Assembly (NCBI GenBank): GCA_965659435.1
Contig: CBFHVJ010000001.1
Span: 697-64,696, forward strand
DNA from: an uncultured Arcobacteraceae bacterium
GTDB lineage: Bacteria; Campylobacterota; Campylobacteria; Campylobacterales; Arcobacteraceae
Length of the DNA: 64,000 bases
Direction of reading: 5' to 3'
Shown piece by piece: positions 48,213-57,004 of this stretch. A program made the translations under genes and the position numbers. The notes under the pieces were generated by a model. That model was not told the origin of the DNA and did no database searches. It worked only from the letters and a program-made list of their open reading frames with translations. Position 1 is the stretch's first letter. Each line of letters opens with the position of its first letter.

Positions 48213-49693
48213 TGAGTTTTATTGAAACAAGAGGAAATGATGGTGCTAAACCAAATGAGGTTGAATTTTCATATGCTATTTTAAATCCAATGGCTTCATT
48301 TGGTGGACTATATGTTCCTAAAGAGGTACCAAATTTAGGCGAAGATTTTATCTCAAATCATATTGATAAAAACTATAAAGAGCTTGCATTTGATATTTTA
48401 AAAGCATTTAATATTGACATTGAAGATGAAGATATTAACACTGCTTTAAACCTATATGATAACTTTGATGATCCTAAAAACCCTTCACCAGTTGTAAAAG
48501 TAAAAGATGATCTTTTTGTAAATGAACAATACCATGGACCAACTAGGGCATTTAAAGATATGGCTTTACAACCATTTGGTTCAATTCTTTCAGCAGTTGC
48601 TAAAAAGCTAGGTGAAAACTATCTTATTTTAGCAGCAACTTCAGGTGACACAGGACCAGCTGCATTAAATACCTTCAAAAATAAAGAGGGTATTAAAGTA
48701 GCTTGTTTATATCCAGATGGTGGAACAAGTGATGTTCAAAGACTACAAATGGTTACAGAAGATGGATCAAATTTAAAAGTGATTGGTATCAAAGGAAATT
48801 TTGATGATGCTCAAAGTGCTCTAAAAAGACTTTTAGACTCTGATACTTTCAAAGCTGAACTATCAAAAAACAATATGAAATTAAGTGCTGCTAATAGTGT
48901 AAACTTTGGTAGAATTATTTTCCAAATTGTATATCACTTCCAAAGTTATTTAGAGTTATTAAGACAAAATGAAATTAAATTAGGTGAAGAGATATATATT
49001 AATGTTCCAAGCGGAAACTTCGGTAATGTTTTAGGAGCATATTATGCGAAGCTTATGGGACTTCCAGTTAAAAAACTTTTAGTTTCTTCAAATGAAAACA
49101 ATATTTTAACACAGTGGTTAACAACTGGTAAATATGACATTAGAGGGAAGAAGTTAATTCTAACAAAATCTCCAGCAATGGATATCTTAAAGTCTTCAAA
49201 TATAGAAAGAGTTATCTATGATATGTTTGGTGCCAATAGAACAAAAGAATTAATGGAATCATTAAATAACGATGGATTCTTTGAGCATACGCAAGAAGAG
49301 TTATCTCAACTACAAGAGATATTCTCTGCAACAAATAGTGATGATGCATTTGGATTAAAAACTATTAAATCATTCTTAGATGATGGTTACCTTATGGATC
49401 CTCATACTGCTACTTGTATCAAAGGATACAATGATCTAAGAGATGATAAAACTATTAAAACAGTTATCTACTCAACAGCAGAATGGACAAAGTTCTCAGC
49501 AACAGTACTAAATGCTTTAAATGAAGACTCAACTTCATATGCTGATAAAGAAGCAATTGAACAAATTACTTCAAAGTACAATGCTACAATTCCTCAATCA
49601 ATAGAAGATCTATTTGATGCACAAATCAATCACGATACAGTAATTGATAAAGAGAATATTGAACAAGAGATTGTTAACTTTATCCAAGGATAA
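48212..49693 (+). CDS. thrC: Threonine synthase (long form)
   Basis: 493 aa with HGPTRAFKDMALQ (PLP lysine motif) and ATSGDTG. The start overlaps the argB stop (TAATG). Confidence 0.92.
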   Translation: MSFIETRGNDGAKPNEVEFSYAILNPMASFGGLYVPKEVPNLGEDFISNHIDKNYKELAFDILKAFNIDIEDEDINTALNLYDNFDDPKNPSPVVKVKDDLFVNEQYHGPTRAFKDMALQPFGSILSAVAKKLGENYLILAATSGDTGPAALNTFKNKEGIKVACLYPDGGTSDVQRLQMVTEDGSNLKVIGIKGNFDDAQSALKRLLDSDTFKAELSKNNMKLSAANSVNFGRIIFQIVYHFQSYLELLRQNEIKLGEEIYINVPSGNFGNVLGAYYAKLMGLPVKKLLVSSNENNILTQWLTTGKYDIRGKKLILTKSPAMDILKSSNIERVIYDMFGANRTKELMESLNNDGFFEHTQEELSQLQEIFSATNSDDAFGLKTIKSFLDDGYLMDPHTATCIKGYNDLRDDKTIKTVIYSTAEWTKFSATVLNALNEDSTSYADKEAIEQITSKYNATIPQSIEDLFDAQINHDTVIDKENIEQEIVNFIQG

Positions 49694-49705
49694 ACAAAAA
49701 GATAT

Positions 49706-50419
49706 TTAGGGGTTTAAAAACTCCTCAATATCATCATATATCTCATCTATAGCTATACTAGCTTTATCATATATCACTTTAGAAAATAGATGTTCCTCAA
49801 TAGCATCACTTGGTTCTAAATTATTTAAAATTGAATGCTCCACAAAGTTTGCGACAGAATTCACGCCAATCACATTTCCACTTGTTCCAATTACAACAAA
49901 CATCTCACAATCACTTAGCTCACTATTCAACTCTTCATATTTTGGTGCCATCTCTCCAAAAAATACAATATTCGGACGAAGTTTTCCACCACAACTATCA
50001 CATATTGCATCATTACATTCATATATAGATTTATATCCTATATTATGCACCGTGCCACAATAATCATCTTTACATTTTACTTCTGGTAAAAATCCATGTA
50101 GGTGTATCACCTCATCCTCTTGCATTCCTGCTTTTTCAAATAGATTATCAACATTTTGGGTAATTATTGCTATATCTTCTGGATATTTATTTTTTAACTC
50201 TTTTAGTAATAGATGCGCTCTATTTGGCTTTTTATCTTCTATATCTTCTCGTCTTTTGTCGTAAAATTCTAACGTTAGTTTTTCATTTTTATCTAAACTA
50301 TCATGATTACATATGACTTTTACATCATATTCTTCCCATAACCCATCACTATCTCTAAAAGTAGAAATACCTGATTCTGCACTAATTCCAGCTCCACTTA
50401 ACACAACAACTTTTGCCAT
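49706..50419 (-). CDS. cobB: NAD-dependent protein deacylase (Sir2 family)
   Basis: GAGISAESGISTFRD, QNVDNL, HG, the Zn-ribbon cysteines C..C...C..C and GTSG. GGAGGG RBS. Confidence 0.9.
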   Translation of the reverse strand: MAKVVVLSGAGISAESGISTFRDSDGLWEEYDVKVICNHDSLDKNEKLTLEFYDKRREDIEDKKPNRAHLLLKELKNKYPEDIAIITQNVDNLFEKAGMQEDEVIHLHGFLPEVKCKDDYCGTVHNIGYKSIYECNDAICDSCGGKLRPNIVFFGEMAPKYEELNSELSDCEMFVVIGTSGNVIGVNSVANFVEHSILNNLEPSDAIEEHLFSKVIYDKASIAIDEIYDDIEEFLNP

Positions 50420-50475
50420 ATCATCCCTCCATTGATTTTTACTAGTATATTATATCTTTTTTTGTACAATGAATT

Positions 50476-50691
50476 ATGGATAATTTACACTTTACACTTT
50501 CTAGTGATGCAATGGAAAACTTTGAGATATTTGGTAAAATACTAAATAAAGACCCTAATACAATGATAAATGAAGCATTAGAACAATATTTTGATGAACA
50601 ACAAAAGAAACTTTTAGAAAAAAATATGGAAAAAGAAAACGCTCTTACAAGCCTTGAATATGATGAATTTTGGGATGGTGTTGACATATAA
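50476..50691 (+). CDS. Hypothetical 71-aa acidic protein (possible ribbon-helix-helix-like N-terminus)
   Basis: MDNLHFTLSSDAMENFEIFGKILNKDPNTMINEALEQYF has a strand-helix-helix pattern. There is no clear SD. An antisense ORF (50442..50687) is judged the shadow frame. Confidence 0.45.
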   Translation: MDNLHFTLSSDAMENFEIFGKILNKDPNTMINEALEQYFDEQQKKLLEKNMEKENALTSLEYDEFWDGVDI

Positions 50692-50761
50692 TAATACTTT
50701 TTCTACAAAATAGATAAAATTATTGTATAATTAGATAATAATTGTAAAGAAAGGAGATCTC

Positions 50762-51148
50762 ATGGCAATTGAATCTGTAATGGGTACAGTAGGACAAAAC
50801 TATCTTACTAAAAACCAAGATATTAATCAAAATGAAGCTACTAAGGTAGTACCAGAAACTACTTCAGAAGTAGCTGTAGAAGAGACTGCTATAAATAATG
50901 AAGTAACTCTATTAAATATCGATAAAGCAACCTTTGGAACTGAAGTAAAAGAGCTTTCAAAACAAGTGCAAGAGGGAAATGTGACTATCGAAGAAGCGAG
51001 AAAACAAATTGAAACGATGAAAGAGAGCCTTGCTCCTACTCAAATTTTCAACTATCAAAACACTTCAGAATTTGGACATATTAGTGGTTCACTTACTATT
51101 GCTCAAGCAAATATGTCACAAACAAATGTTACTAGGCTATTAGCTTAA
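50762..51148 (+). CDS. Hypothetical 128-aa protein whose C-terminal residues resemble the flagellin C-terminal (D0) motif
   Basis: Strong RBS AAAGGAG 6 nt upstream, and a strong terminator downstream. The C-terminus ...SLTIAQANMSQTNVTRLLA compares with the flagellin consensus ...LAQAN..PQ.VLSLL (remembered). Confidence 0.65.
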   Translation: MAIESVMGTVGQNYLTKNQDINQNEATKVVPETTSEVAVEETAINNEVTLLNIDKATFGTEVKELSKQVQEGNVTIEEARKQIETMKESLAPTQIFNYQNTSEFGHISGSLTIAQANMSQTNVTRLLA

Positions 51149-51171
51149 AATTATTTTTTATATAGTTAAAT

Positions 51172-51204
51172 AAAAAGGGTCGGTAAGGAAAACCGACCCT
51201 TTTT
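51172..51204. terminator. Bidirectional rho-independent terminator between convergent genes
   Basis: AAAAAGGGTCGG-taaggaaaa-CCGACCCTTTTT has a GC-rich 7-bp core stem flanked by A5 and T5. Confidence 0.8.
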
Positions 51205-51255
51205 GAGTTCTATGATATGTTCGCTATGTTAAATTTCTTAATAGAATTATAAAAA

Positions 51256-51277
51256 ATGAAAATGAAATGAAAATGAA
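51256..51277. repeat. Perfect tandem duplication of the 11-mer TGAAAATGAAA
   Basis: Read directly. Copies are 51256-51266 and 51267-51277, between the terminator and the histidine kinase stop. Confidence 0.7.
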
Positions 51278-51291
51278 ATAGAATTAATTTT

Positions 51292-52632
51292 CTATAAAAT
51301 AACTTTTACAGTTGTTCCTTGATTTTCTTCTGATGATATTTTAATCTCTCCACCATGTAGTTCTACACCATTTTTTACAATAGATAACCCCAAGCCAAAA
51401 CCTTTAACCTTCTTATTTCTAGATTCATCTACTCTATAAAACCTATCCATAATCTTTTCTATCTGTTCTTGAGGAATCCCTATTCCTTTATCTTTTACTA
51501 TAAAGAATATTTTTTCCTTTTTTTCAAATAATGAAACAGTAATGTTTTTACCTTCACCACTATATTTAATTGCATTGTCTAAGATATTAGAAAAGATTGT
51601 TTTTATCAATATTTGATTTACATCTTTTTTAACTGACTCACATCTTTCAATATCTAATAAAATACCTTTCTCTTTTAATATAGAATCAAAGTTTCCAATT
51701 ACATCTAATAATAAAGAATCAAGATGTGTTTCTTGAAATGTTTGAGAAATATTTTCTTTTGAATATTTTGTTAGGAGTAATAGGTTATCAACTATCTCTT
51801 GAATTTGTTGTGTTTCATGCTCAATTGTTTTTAAACTTTTAATATAATATTCACAATCTCTTTTTTTGTTTAATGTTATCTCTATTTCACCTTTTATAAC
51901 AGTCAAAGGTGTTTTGAGTTCATGAGAAACATCACTATTAAACTGCTCAAGTGTTTGTACACCATCTCCAAGCCGTGATAACATACCATTAAATGAATCA
52001 ACTAGATCTTTAATCTCATCATCATATTTAGGTGCAGGAATCTCTTGTGTTAAATCGGTTACATATATTTTATTTGCTGTATTTGTAATATTTCTTATAG
52101 AGCGTAATATTTTATCTGTCATTTTACTAGCAAGAAAAATTAATAACAGTAGTAAAATTGGTTCTAAAATCATAAGAACCTTTTTTATCTTTTGTAACTC
52201 TTCATCTATTTTCTGATCTACATTATGTTCATAAAATAAAATTGCACCTTTAAATGGATTTGCTATTCTTAAAATATATAAGCCATCTAAACTCTCACCT
52301 TTATTAAAAACAAAAAATGACTCTTGGCTATCTTGAAACTTTACAAAGTCTTTAAATGATATGTCACCTTTTTTAAAAATTATCTTTTCCTCTTTGATAA
52401 TAGCAACATCAACGCCTTGAAGTTTTTCCTCTTTTAGAAGTTCATTTACAGGTACACTATCCATAATTTTGTTATTAATAAATACTGCTTTATTATATAA
52501 GTTATTTTGAATACTTAGTTTCGTATTTAATTCCATAAATCGATATATTGCAAAATTAAAAATTAGCAATATGATTGTCGTTACTGTTCCAAACCAAAAA
52601 AGAACTTTTGTTTTTAAACTTCTAAACTTCAA
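51292..52632 (-). CDS. Sensor histidine kinase (two TM, HAMP, HisKA, HATPase_c)
   Basis: H-box SHELKTPLT, N-box NAIKYS, G-boxes DKGIGI and GFGLGLSIV. The TTG start overlaps the response-regulator stop by 11 nt. Confidence 0.9.
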   Translation of the reverse strand: MKFRSLKTKVLFWFGTVTTIILLIFNFAIYRFMELNTKLSIQNNLYNKAVFINNKIMDSVPVNELLKEEKLQGVDVAIIKEEKIIFKKGDISFKDFVKFQDSQESFFVFNKGESLDGLYILRIANPFKGAILFYEHNVDQKIDEELQKIKKVLMILEPILLLLLIFLASKMTDKILRSIRNITNTANKIYVTDLTQEIPAPKYDDEIKDLVDSFNGMLSRLGDGVQTLEQFNSDVSHELKTPLTVIKGEIEITLNKKRDCEYYIKSLKTIEHETQQIQEIVDNLLLLTKYSKENISQTFQETHLDSLLLDVIGNFDSILKEKGILLDIERCESVKKDVNQILIKTIFSNILDNAIKYSGEGKNITVSLFEKKEKIFFIVKDKGIGIPQEQIEKIMDRFYRVDESRNKKVKGFGLGLSIVKNGVELHGGEIKISSEENQGTTVKVIL

Positions 52633-53281
52633 TTTTATAACCTAGCCCTCTAAAGCTTTTAATAAACTCTTTTCCAATTTTTTTTCGTAAGTTATAAATG
52701 GTTACTTGAATAACATTACTACTAATATATTCTTCATCATTCCAAAGCTGCTCTTCAATCATTCCATTAGAAACTGTTGCATTTTTATTTTTTACTAAAA
52801 ACAGTAGTAGTTCATACTCTTTTTGTGTTAAAACTATCGCCTGACCATCTTTAGAGATAATCTTTGCATCAAGGTCAATAACTATATCTTTAAGCTCAAT
52901 CTTATTACCACTATTTACTGAAACTACTCTTCTATATAAAGCTTGTACACGAGCTAATAACTCTTTAAAACTAAAAGGTTTACTCAAATAATCATCAGCA
53001 CCTTTTGTAAGTCCTAAAACCCTATCATCAATTTCAGTTTTTGCAGTAAGCATAATCGTTGGTGTAGATATACTTTTAGCTCTAATTGACTCTATAATCT
53101 CTATACCACTTTTTATAGGAAGCATCCAATCTAAAATAATCACATCATAACTATTAGTAGTTGCTAAATACTCTCCATCTTCTCCATCTGAAGCTGTATC
53201 TATTACAAAACCTTCCTCTTCAAAACCACGTTTTAAAAGAGATAATATATTGTCATCATCCTCTACTATTAAAATCTTCAT
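52622..53281 (-). CDS. OmpR/PhoB-family response regulator
   Basis: MKILIVEDD, the canonical acceptor context DVIILDWMLP, KPF, and a winged-helix C-terminus (LT.KEYELL.FL, RGLGYK). Confidence 0.93.
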   Translation of the reverse strand: MKILIVEDDDNILSLLKRGFEEEGFVIDTASDGEDGEYLATTNSYDVIILDWMLPIKSGIEIIESIRAKSISTPTIMLTAKTEIDDRVLGLTKGADDYLSKPFSFKELLARVQALYRRVVSVNSGNKIELKDIVIDLDAKIISKDGQAIVLTQKEYELLLFLVKNKNATVSNGMIEEQLWNDEEYISSNVIQVTIYNLRKKIGKEFIKSFRGLGYKIEV

Positions 53282-53327
53282 TAACTTCCTAAGTAATTTA
53301 CTATTACTCTATTATAAGATAATAAAA

Positions 53328-53359
53328 TGAAATATACATGAAGTGTTTTGTGATATAAT
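53328..53359 (+). promoter_or_regulatory. Candidate dgkA promoter: direct repeats TGAAAT-N5-TGAAGT (11-bp phasing) at the -35 position plus extended -10 TGaTATAAT
   Basis: TGAAAT is at 53328-53333, TGAAGT at 53339-53344 and TGATATAAT at 53351-53359. The dgkA ATG is at 53378. Confidence 0.35.
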
Positions 53360-53377
53360 CAACAACAAGGAGATCTC

Positions 53378-53743
53378 ATGCCATTTAACAAACCACCTTA
53401 TACACTATTTAATAATACTAAATATGCGTTGTCTGGATTAATTGATATGGTACAAAATGAGACATCATTTAGATTACAGCTATTGTTATTTATTGTGATG
53501 AATATAATTGCTTTTAATCTACCTCTTTCCTTTCATTTTCAATTTATATTATCTCTTTCACTTTTTATTCCAATACTAAGTGAGATTATTAATAGTGCCA
53601 TTGAAAGAGTCGTTGATCTCAATACTCAAGAGGAACATGAACTTGCAAAAAAAGCAAAAGATGTTGGAGCATCACTTGTATTTATGAGTTTTATTGTAAC
53701 TACTATTATTTGGATAGGGACTATCTATATAGCACTGTCATAA
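53378..53743 (+). CDS. dgkA: Diacylglycerol kinase (prokaryotic membrane DgkA family)
   Basis: 121 aa with 3 TM, a conserved E..NSAIE motif (SEIINSAIERVVD) and AKD.GA. Confidence 0.88.
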   Translation: MPFNKPPYTLFNNTKYALSGLIDMVQNETSFRLQLLLFIVMNIIAFNLPLSFHFQFILSLSLFIPILSEIINSAIERVVDLNTQEEHELAKKAKDVGASLVFMSFIVTTIIWIGTIYIALS

Positions 53744-53748
53744 CCCCT

Positions 53749-55098
53749 ATGCAAATATTATTTTTATCGCTACTTTTTTATAGTCAAAATTTTTTAATAT
53801 CACTATTTATACCATTTGTTTTTATCCCTAGTCTTTGGGAATTCTTATCTATTTTACTAATAGTTGTACTCATTAGAAAATCAAGCTATTTTAAAATACT
53901 ATTTATTCTCTGGCAACTACTATACTTTGTTCAGTTTTCTTTTATAAGCTATTTTGGTAGTACTTTATCATATATAGATATATATCTCTTTTTTACACAT
54001 ATAGATGAAACATTTCAATCATTAAACTCACTTTATGAAATATTTTTAATACCATTTACCTTTTTAACTACTATTAGTATAATTATTCTTTTTAGTAAAC
54101 AAACTAATAACTATAAAATACCTTTCAAAATATTTATCCCTTTACTATTTTTATCCATTTATCTAATACCTAAAAATCATGATGGAAGCTTATTACTTTT
54201 GGAACAACTATTCAAAAGCTATAAGATATTTCAAATAAAAGAATCCAAGTTGGAAAAAAGTTATCATAGTACACTTAACCCTATAGAGAAAAAAGATTTA
54301 AATATTATTTTAATCATTGGGGAAAGTATGAGAGCAAAAGAGTTTGCAAGCTCATCATATAAAATATTTGAAAACTATACTTACAAAACTATCTATAGTG
54401 GTGCTACAAATACTGATGTATCTATTCCTCTATTGCTTAATGGAGCACAAAGACCAACTCAAATAGATCTCAATAAAAACATTTTCACTCTTGCTAAAAG
54501 AAATGGTTTTGATACATCTTTTATTACATCTCAAAGTGATCAATATTTAAAATATATTAAACCATATCTTCAAAAAGATGATATTGATAATATAAAAGTA
54601 CTCAATAGTTTAGATGAAAAACTATTTGAAACACTAAAAGCTATTGATCTAAATAGGCCAAATTTTATAACCTTACAGATGCAAGGGGAACATAGTCCTT
54701 ATATATATTATCCTAATGCAAAAGAAGATGATTCTATTAAGATTAGATATCAAAATTCTATGAAATACTCAAGTGAAATTCTTACAAAGATTATTAATTA
54801 TATAAAACAACATTCACAAAAACCATATATTATTCTTTTTACATCTGATCATGGGGAACAAATTGGGATCAATGGGAAATATGGTCATAATAGATTTGAA
54901 GAAGAAGTTTATAAAGTACCTTTGGTATTTGATTCAAATTTTATCAAAATGCCAAATTCAATTTTAAGCCACAATGACATATACCAATTACTTCTATACC
55001 ATCTTGGATACAGTGCTACTTTGAAGTTCCATAGACCAATCAATATCTATGGGACAATGATTACTGAAGAGGATGGATTTATCCAAATAAAACCATAA
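53749..55098 (+). CDS. Phosphoethanolamine transferase-like protein (sulfatase/alkaline-phosphatase superfamily, EptA/EptC/MCR-like)
   Basis: Polytopic N-terminus, then LIIGESMRA, GATNTDVSIP (nucleophile Thr context), QMQGEHSPY and FTSDHGE. The track start 53710 is a TTG inside dgkA; the first ATG is 53749. The protein is shorter (449 aa) than typical EptA. Confidence 0.75.
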   Translation: MQILFLSLLFYSQNFLISLFIPFVFIPSLWEFLSILLIVVLIRKSSYFKILFILWQLLYFVQFSFISYFGSTLSYIDIYLFFTHIDETFQSLNSLYEIFLIPFTFLTTISIIILFSKQTNNYKIPFKIFIPLLFLSIYLIPKNHDGSLLLLEQLFKSYKIFQIKESKLEKSYHSTLNPIEKKDLNIILIIGESMRAKEFASSSYKIFENYTYKTIYSGATNTDVSIPLLLNGAQRPTQIDLNKNIFTLAKRNGFDTSFITSQSDQYLKYIKPYLQKDDIDNIKVLNSLDEKLFETLKAIDLNRPNFITLQMQGEHSPYIYYPNAKEDDSIKIRYQNSMKYSSEILTKIINYIKQHSQKPYIILFTSDHGEQIGINGKYGHNRFEEEVYKVPLVFDSNFIKMPNSILSHNDIYQLLLYHLGYSATLKFHRPINIYGTMITEEDGFIQIKP

Positions 55099-55137
55099 TT
55101 TGTTATAATTAATTTAAATAGATCTAAGGATAAAATA

Positions 55138-55764
55138 ATGGATAAAACATTTAGTGAAGCACTAGATTTCAGACATGCCTGTAAAGTATTTGATGAAACA
55201 AAAAAAGTTTCTGATGAAGATTTAACTTTTATACTTGAAGCAGCTAGAAAATCACCATCATCTTTTGGAATGGAGCCTTGGAAATTTCTAGTAATTACAG
55301 ATGAAAAGCTAAGAGAACAACTTCGGCCAGCTTGTTGGAACCAAGTACAAATTACATCATCTTCACACCTTATTGTTATTCTTGCAGCAATTGAAAATGC
55401 TCGTCCACAATCAGGTATCCCTGAACATAAATTTGCAAGAAGAGGTTTAGCAAAAGAGGCATATCAAGGATACTTAGTTAAATATGCCGATCACTTAAAA
55501 GATGTTTTAGATACAGATGAAAATACTTATGCATGGACTGCACGTCAAACTTATATCGCCCTAGGAAATATGATGACAGCAGCTGCTATAAAAGGTATTG
55601 ATACATGTGCAATTGAAGGATTTGAAAAAGAAAAAGTGGAAGATATTCTAGGATTAGATAGTTCAAAGTATCAAGTGTCTGTAATGATGCCAATTGGTTA
55701 TAGAATAAACCCTCAATCAGTTCAACATAGAGAAGATTTAAAAGATATAGTAGAGTTTATCTAA
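55138..55764 (+). CDS. NAD(P)H-dependent nitroreductase-family oxidoreductase
   Basis: 208 aa with FRHACKVFD, RKSPSSFGMEPWKF and IEGF motifs. AAGGA RBS. Confidence 0.88.
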   Translation: MDKTFSEALDFRHACKVFDETKKVSDEDLTFILEAARKSPSSFGMEPWKFLVITDEKLREQLRPACWNQVQITSSSHLIVILAAIENARPQSGIPEHKFARRGLAKEAYQGYLVKYADHLKDVLDTDENTYAWTARQTYIALGNMMTAAAIKGIDTCAIEGFEKEKVEDILGLDSSKYQVSVMMPIGYRINPQSVQHREDLKDIVEFI

Positions 55765-55772
55765 GCCATTTT

Positions 55773-56990
55773 ATGTTTTTAAAATTATTTTTTGTATTAA
55801 TACTCTTATCATCTAGCTATGCAAAAGAATATATAAACCTTGGAAAATTTGAAAATGATAATTCAATTTTTCAAGAAAAAAATATCCCTAAATTAAGTGA
55901 CAAATTTTTAGATACCAAGTATATCTCTAATACACTATCAAATGGTCAAATAAATACCTCAAAAGAAAATCTTATTATCAATTTTGATGCTCTTGATTGT
56001 TTTACATTTATAGATACATTTGAAGCATTAAAACAAAGTGATAATATTCATTCATTTAAAAAACACCTTATTGATATACGTTATAAAAATAGTATCGTAA
56101 GCTACCACAACAGAAATCATTTTTTTAGTGATTGGAGACAATATAACTTTATAAAAGATATCACTTGTGATCTTGGTGAGTGTAAAAAAGAACTAAAACA
56201 ATTAAACTTTAATGAGAAATATCTAAAAGAGATCCCTACTATTTTAAGAGAGATTTCATATATAAAATCTACAAATATAGATACTACAAAACTTCAAAAT
56301 GGTGACTATATTGGTATTTATAGCAATAAAAAAGATCTTGATGTTACACATACTGGCCTTATTATAAAAAAAGACAATCAAATCTTTATCAGACATGCTA
56401 GTTCATTAAAAAAGAAAATTATTGACTCTGACCTTTTTGAATACACAAAAAATAAACCTGGAGTAATAATCTATAGATCAAATCATAACCTTAGTAAACT
56501 TCATATCGATGCAACTTGCTCCAAATCTCTTGGAAAAGAATTTCATATCACTATTGAAAATAATAAATTATTTTTAACTGATGATGCACTCTATGAAACT
56601 GTTGGTGGATATGTAGATATACCAGCAACTAACTACTATTTTAAAATAGATAACAAAATATATCCTATTGATGGTGTTGTTGAATATTCAAATATAAAAA
56701 GTATAAACCAATTCTCTTCATTTATTGATGAAAAAAATTTTAATGCTCTTCAAAATTCTCAGACAATACAGTTTATTCAAAAAATCAAATTAAAAGAGAA
56801 TCAAACAAGCACTATATCAATTAGTGTAGATATTGATAATAAATCATTTACAAAAGTATCTCAAGAGTGTCAAGAGCAATTACACAATACAAAAGATAAA
56901 TATAATAAAAATATATCTATTGCCTTAGTAATCTTAATACTATTAATACTTTCAATTAAATCCTACAAGAGATATAAGAGTAATCTTTAG
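55773..56990 (+). CDS. Hypothetical exported, C-terminally membrane-anchored protein (possible DUF1460/AmiA-like N-terminal domain)
   Basis: Signal peptide MFLKLFFVLILLSSSYA. FDALDCFTFIDTFEAL and DVTHTGLIIK resemble DUF1460 as I remember it. The ~150-aa C-terminal region is unknown and is followed by a TM anchor, IALVILILLILSI. Confidence 0.55.
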   Translation: MFLKLFFVLILLSSSYAKEYINLGKFENDNSIFQEKNIPKLSDKFLDTKYISNTLSNGQINTSKENLIINFDALDCFTFIDTFEALKQSDNIHSFKKHLIDIRYKNSIVSYHNRNHFFSDWRQYNFIKDITCDLGECKKELKQLNFNEKYLKEIPTILREISYIKSTNIDTTKLQNGDYIGIYSNKKDLDVTHTGLIIKKDNQIFIRHASSLKKKIIDSDLFEYTKNKPGVIIYRSNHNLSKLHIDATCSKSLGKEFHITIENNKLFLTDDALYETVGGYVDIPATNYYFKIDNKIYPIDGVVEYSNIKSINQFSSFIDEKNFNALQNSQTIQFIQKIKLKENQTSTISISVDIDNKSFTKVSQECQEQLHNTKDKYNKNISIALVILILLILSIKSYKRYKSNL

Positions 56991-57004
56991 ATAAAATCCA
57001 TAAT

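Noticed and set aside
50462-50469. The TTGTACAA palindrome seen in the prp regulatory region recurs upstream of the 71-aa ORF and also inside the Fe-S subunit gene near 31.33 kb.
   Set aside because: An 8-bp AT-rich palindrome is expected several times by chance in 64 kb. There are no accompanying phased repeats at these other sites.
50442-50687. An 81-aa minus-strand ORF lies antisense to the 71-aa plus-strand ORF.
   Set aside because: Its composition is rich in Ser, Phe and Cys and looks low-complexity. The plus-strand frame gives a balanced, charged, helix-forming protein. I kept the plus-strand call with only moderate confidence.
50692-50761. A sigma-28 or sigma-54 flagellar promoter might lie upstream of the flagellin-tail-like gene.
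   Set aside because: There is no CGAT(A/T)(A/T) -10 with TAAA at -35 spacing, and no GG-N10-GC element. Only AGATAA-like strings and a sigma-70-type TG-TATAAT are present.
50751-50764. An identical 14-mer, AAGGAGATCTCATG, occurs at 50751-50764 and again at 53367-53380, in front of two unrelated genes.
   Set aside because: Eight of the 14 positions are functionally constrained (SD and ATG). Only the 5-nt spacer is coincident, and about one such match is expected among all gene pairs in the window. The flanks share no further similarity.
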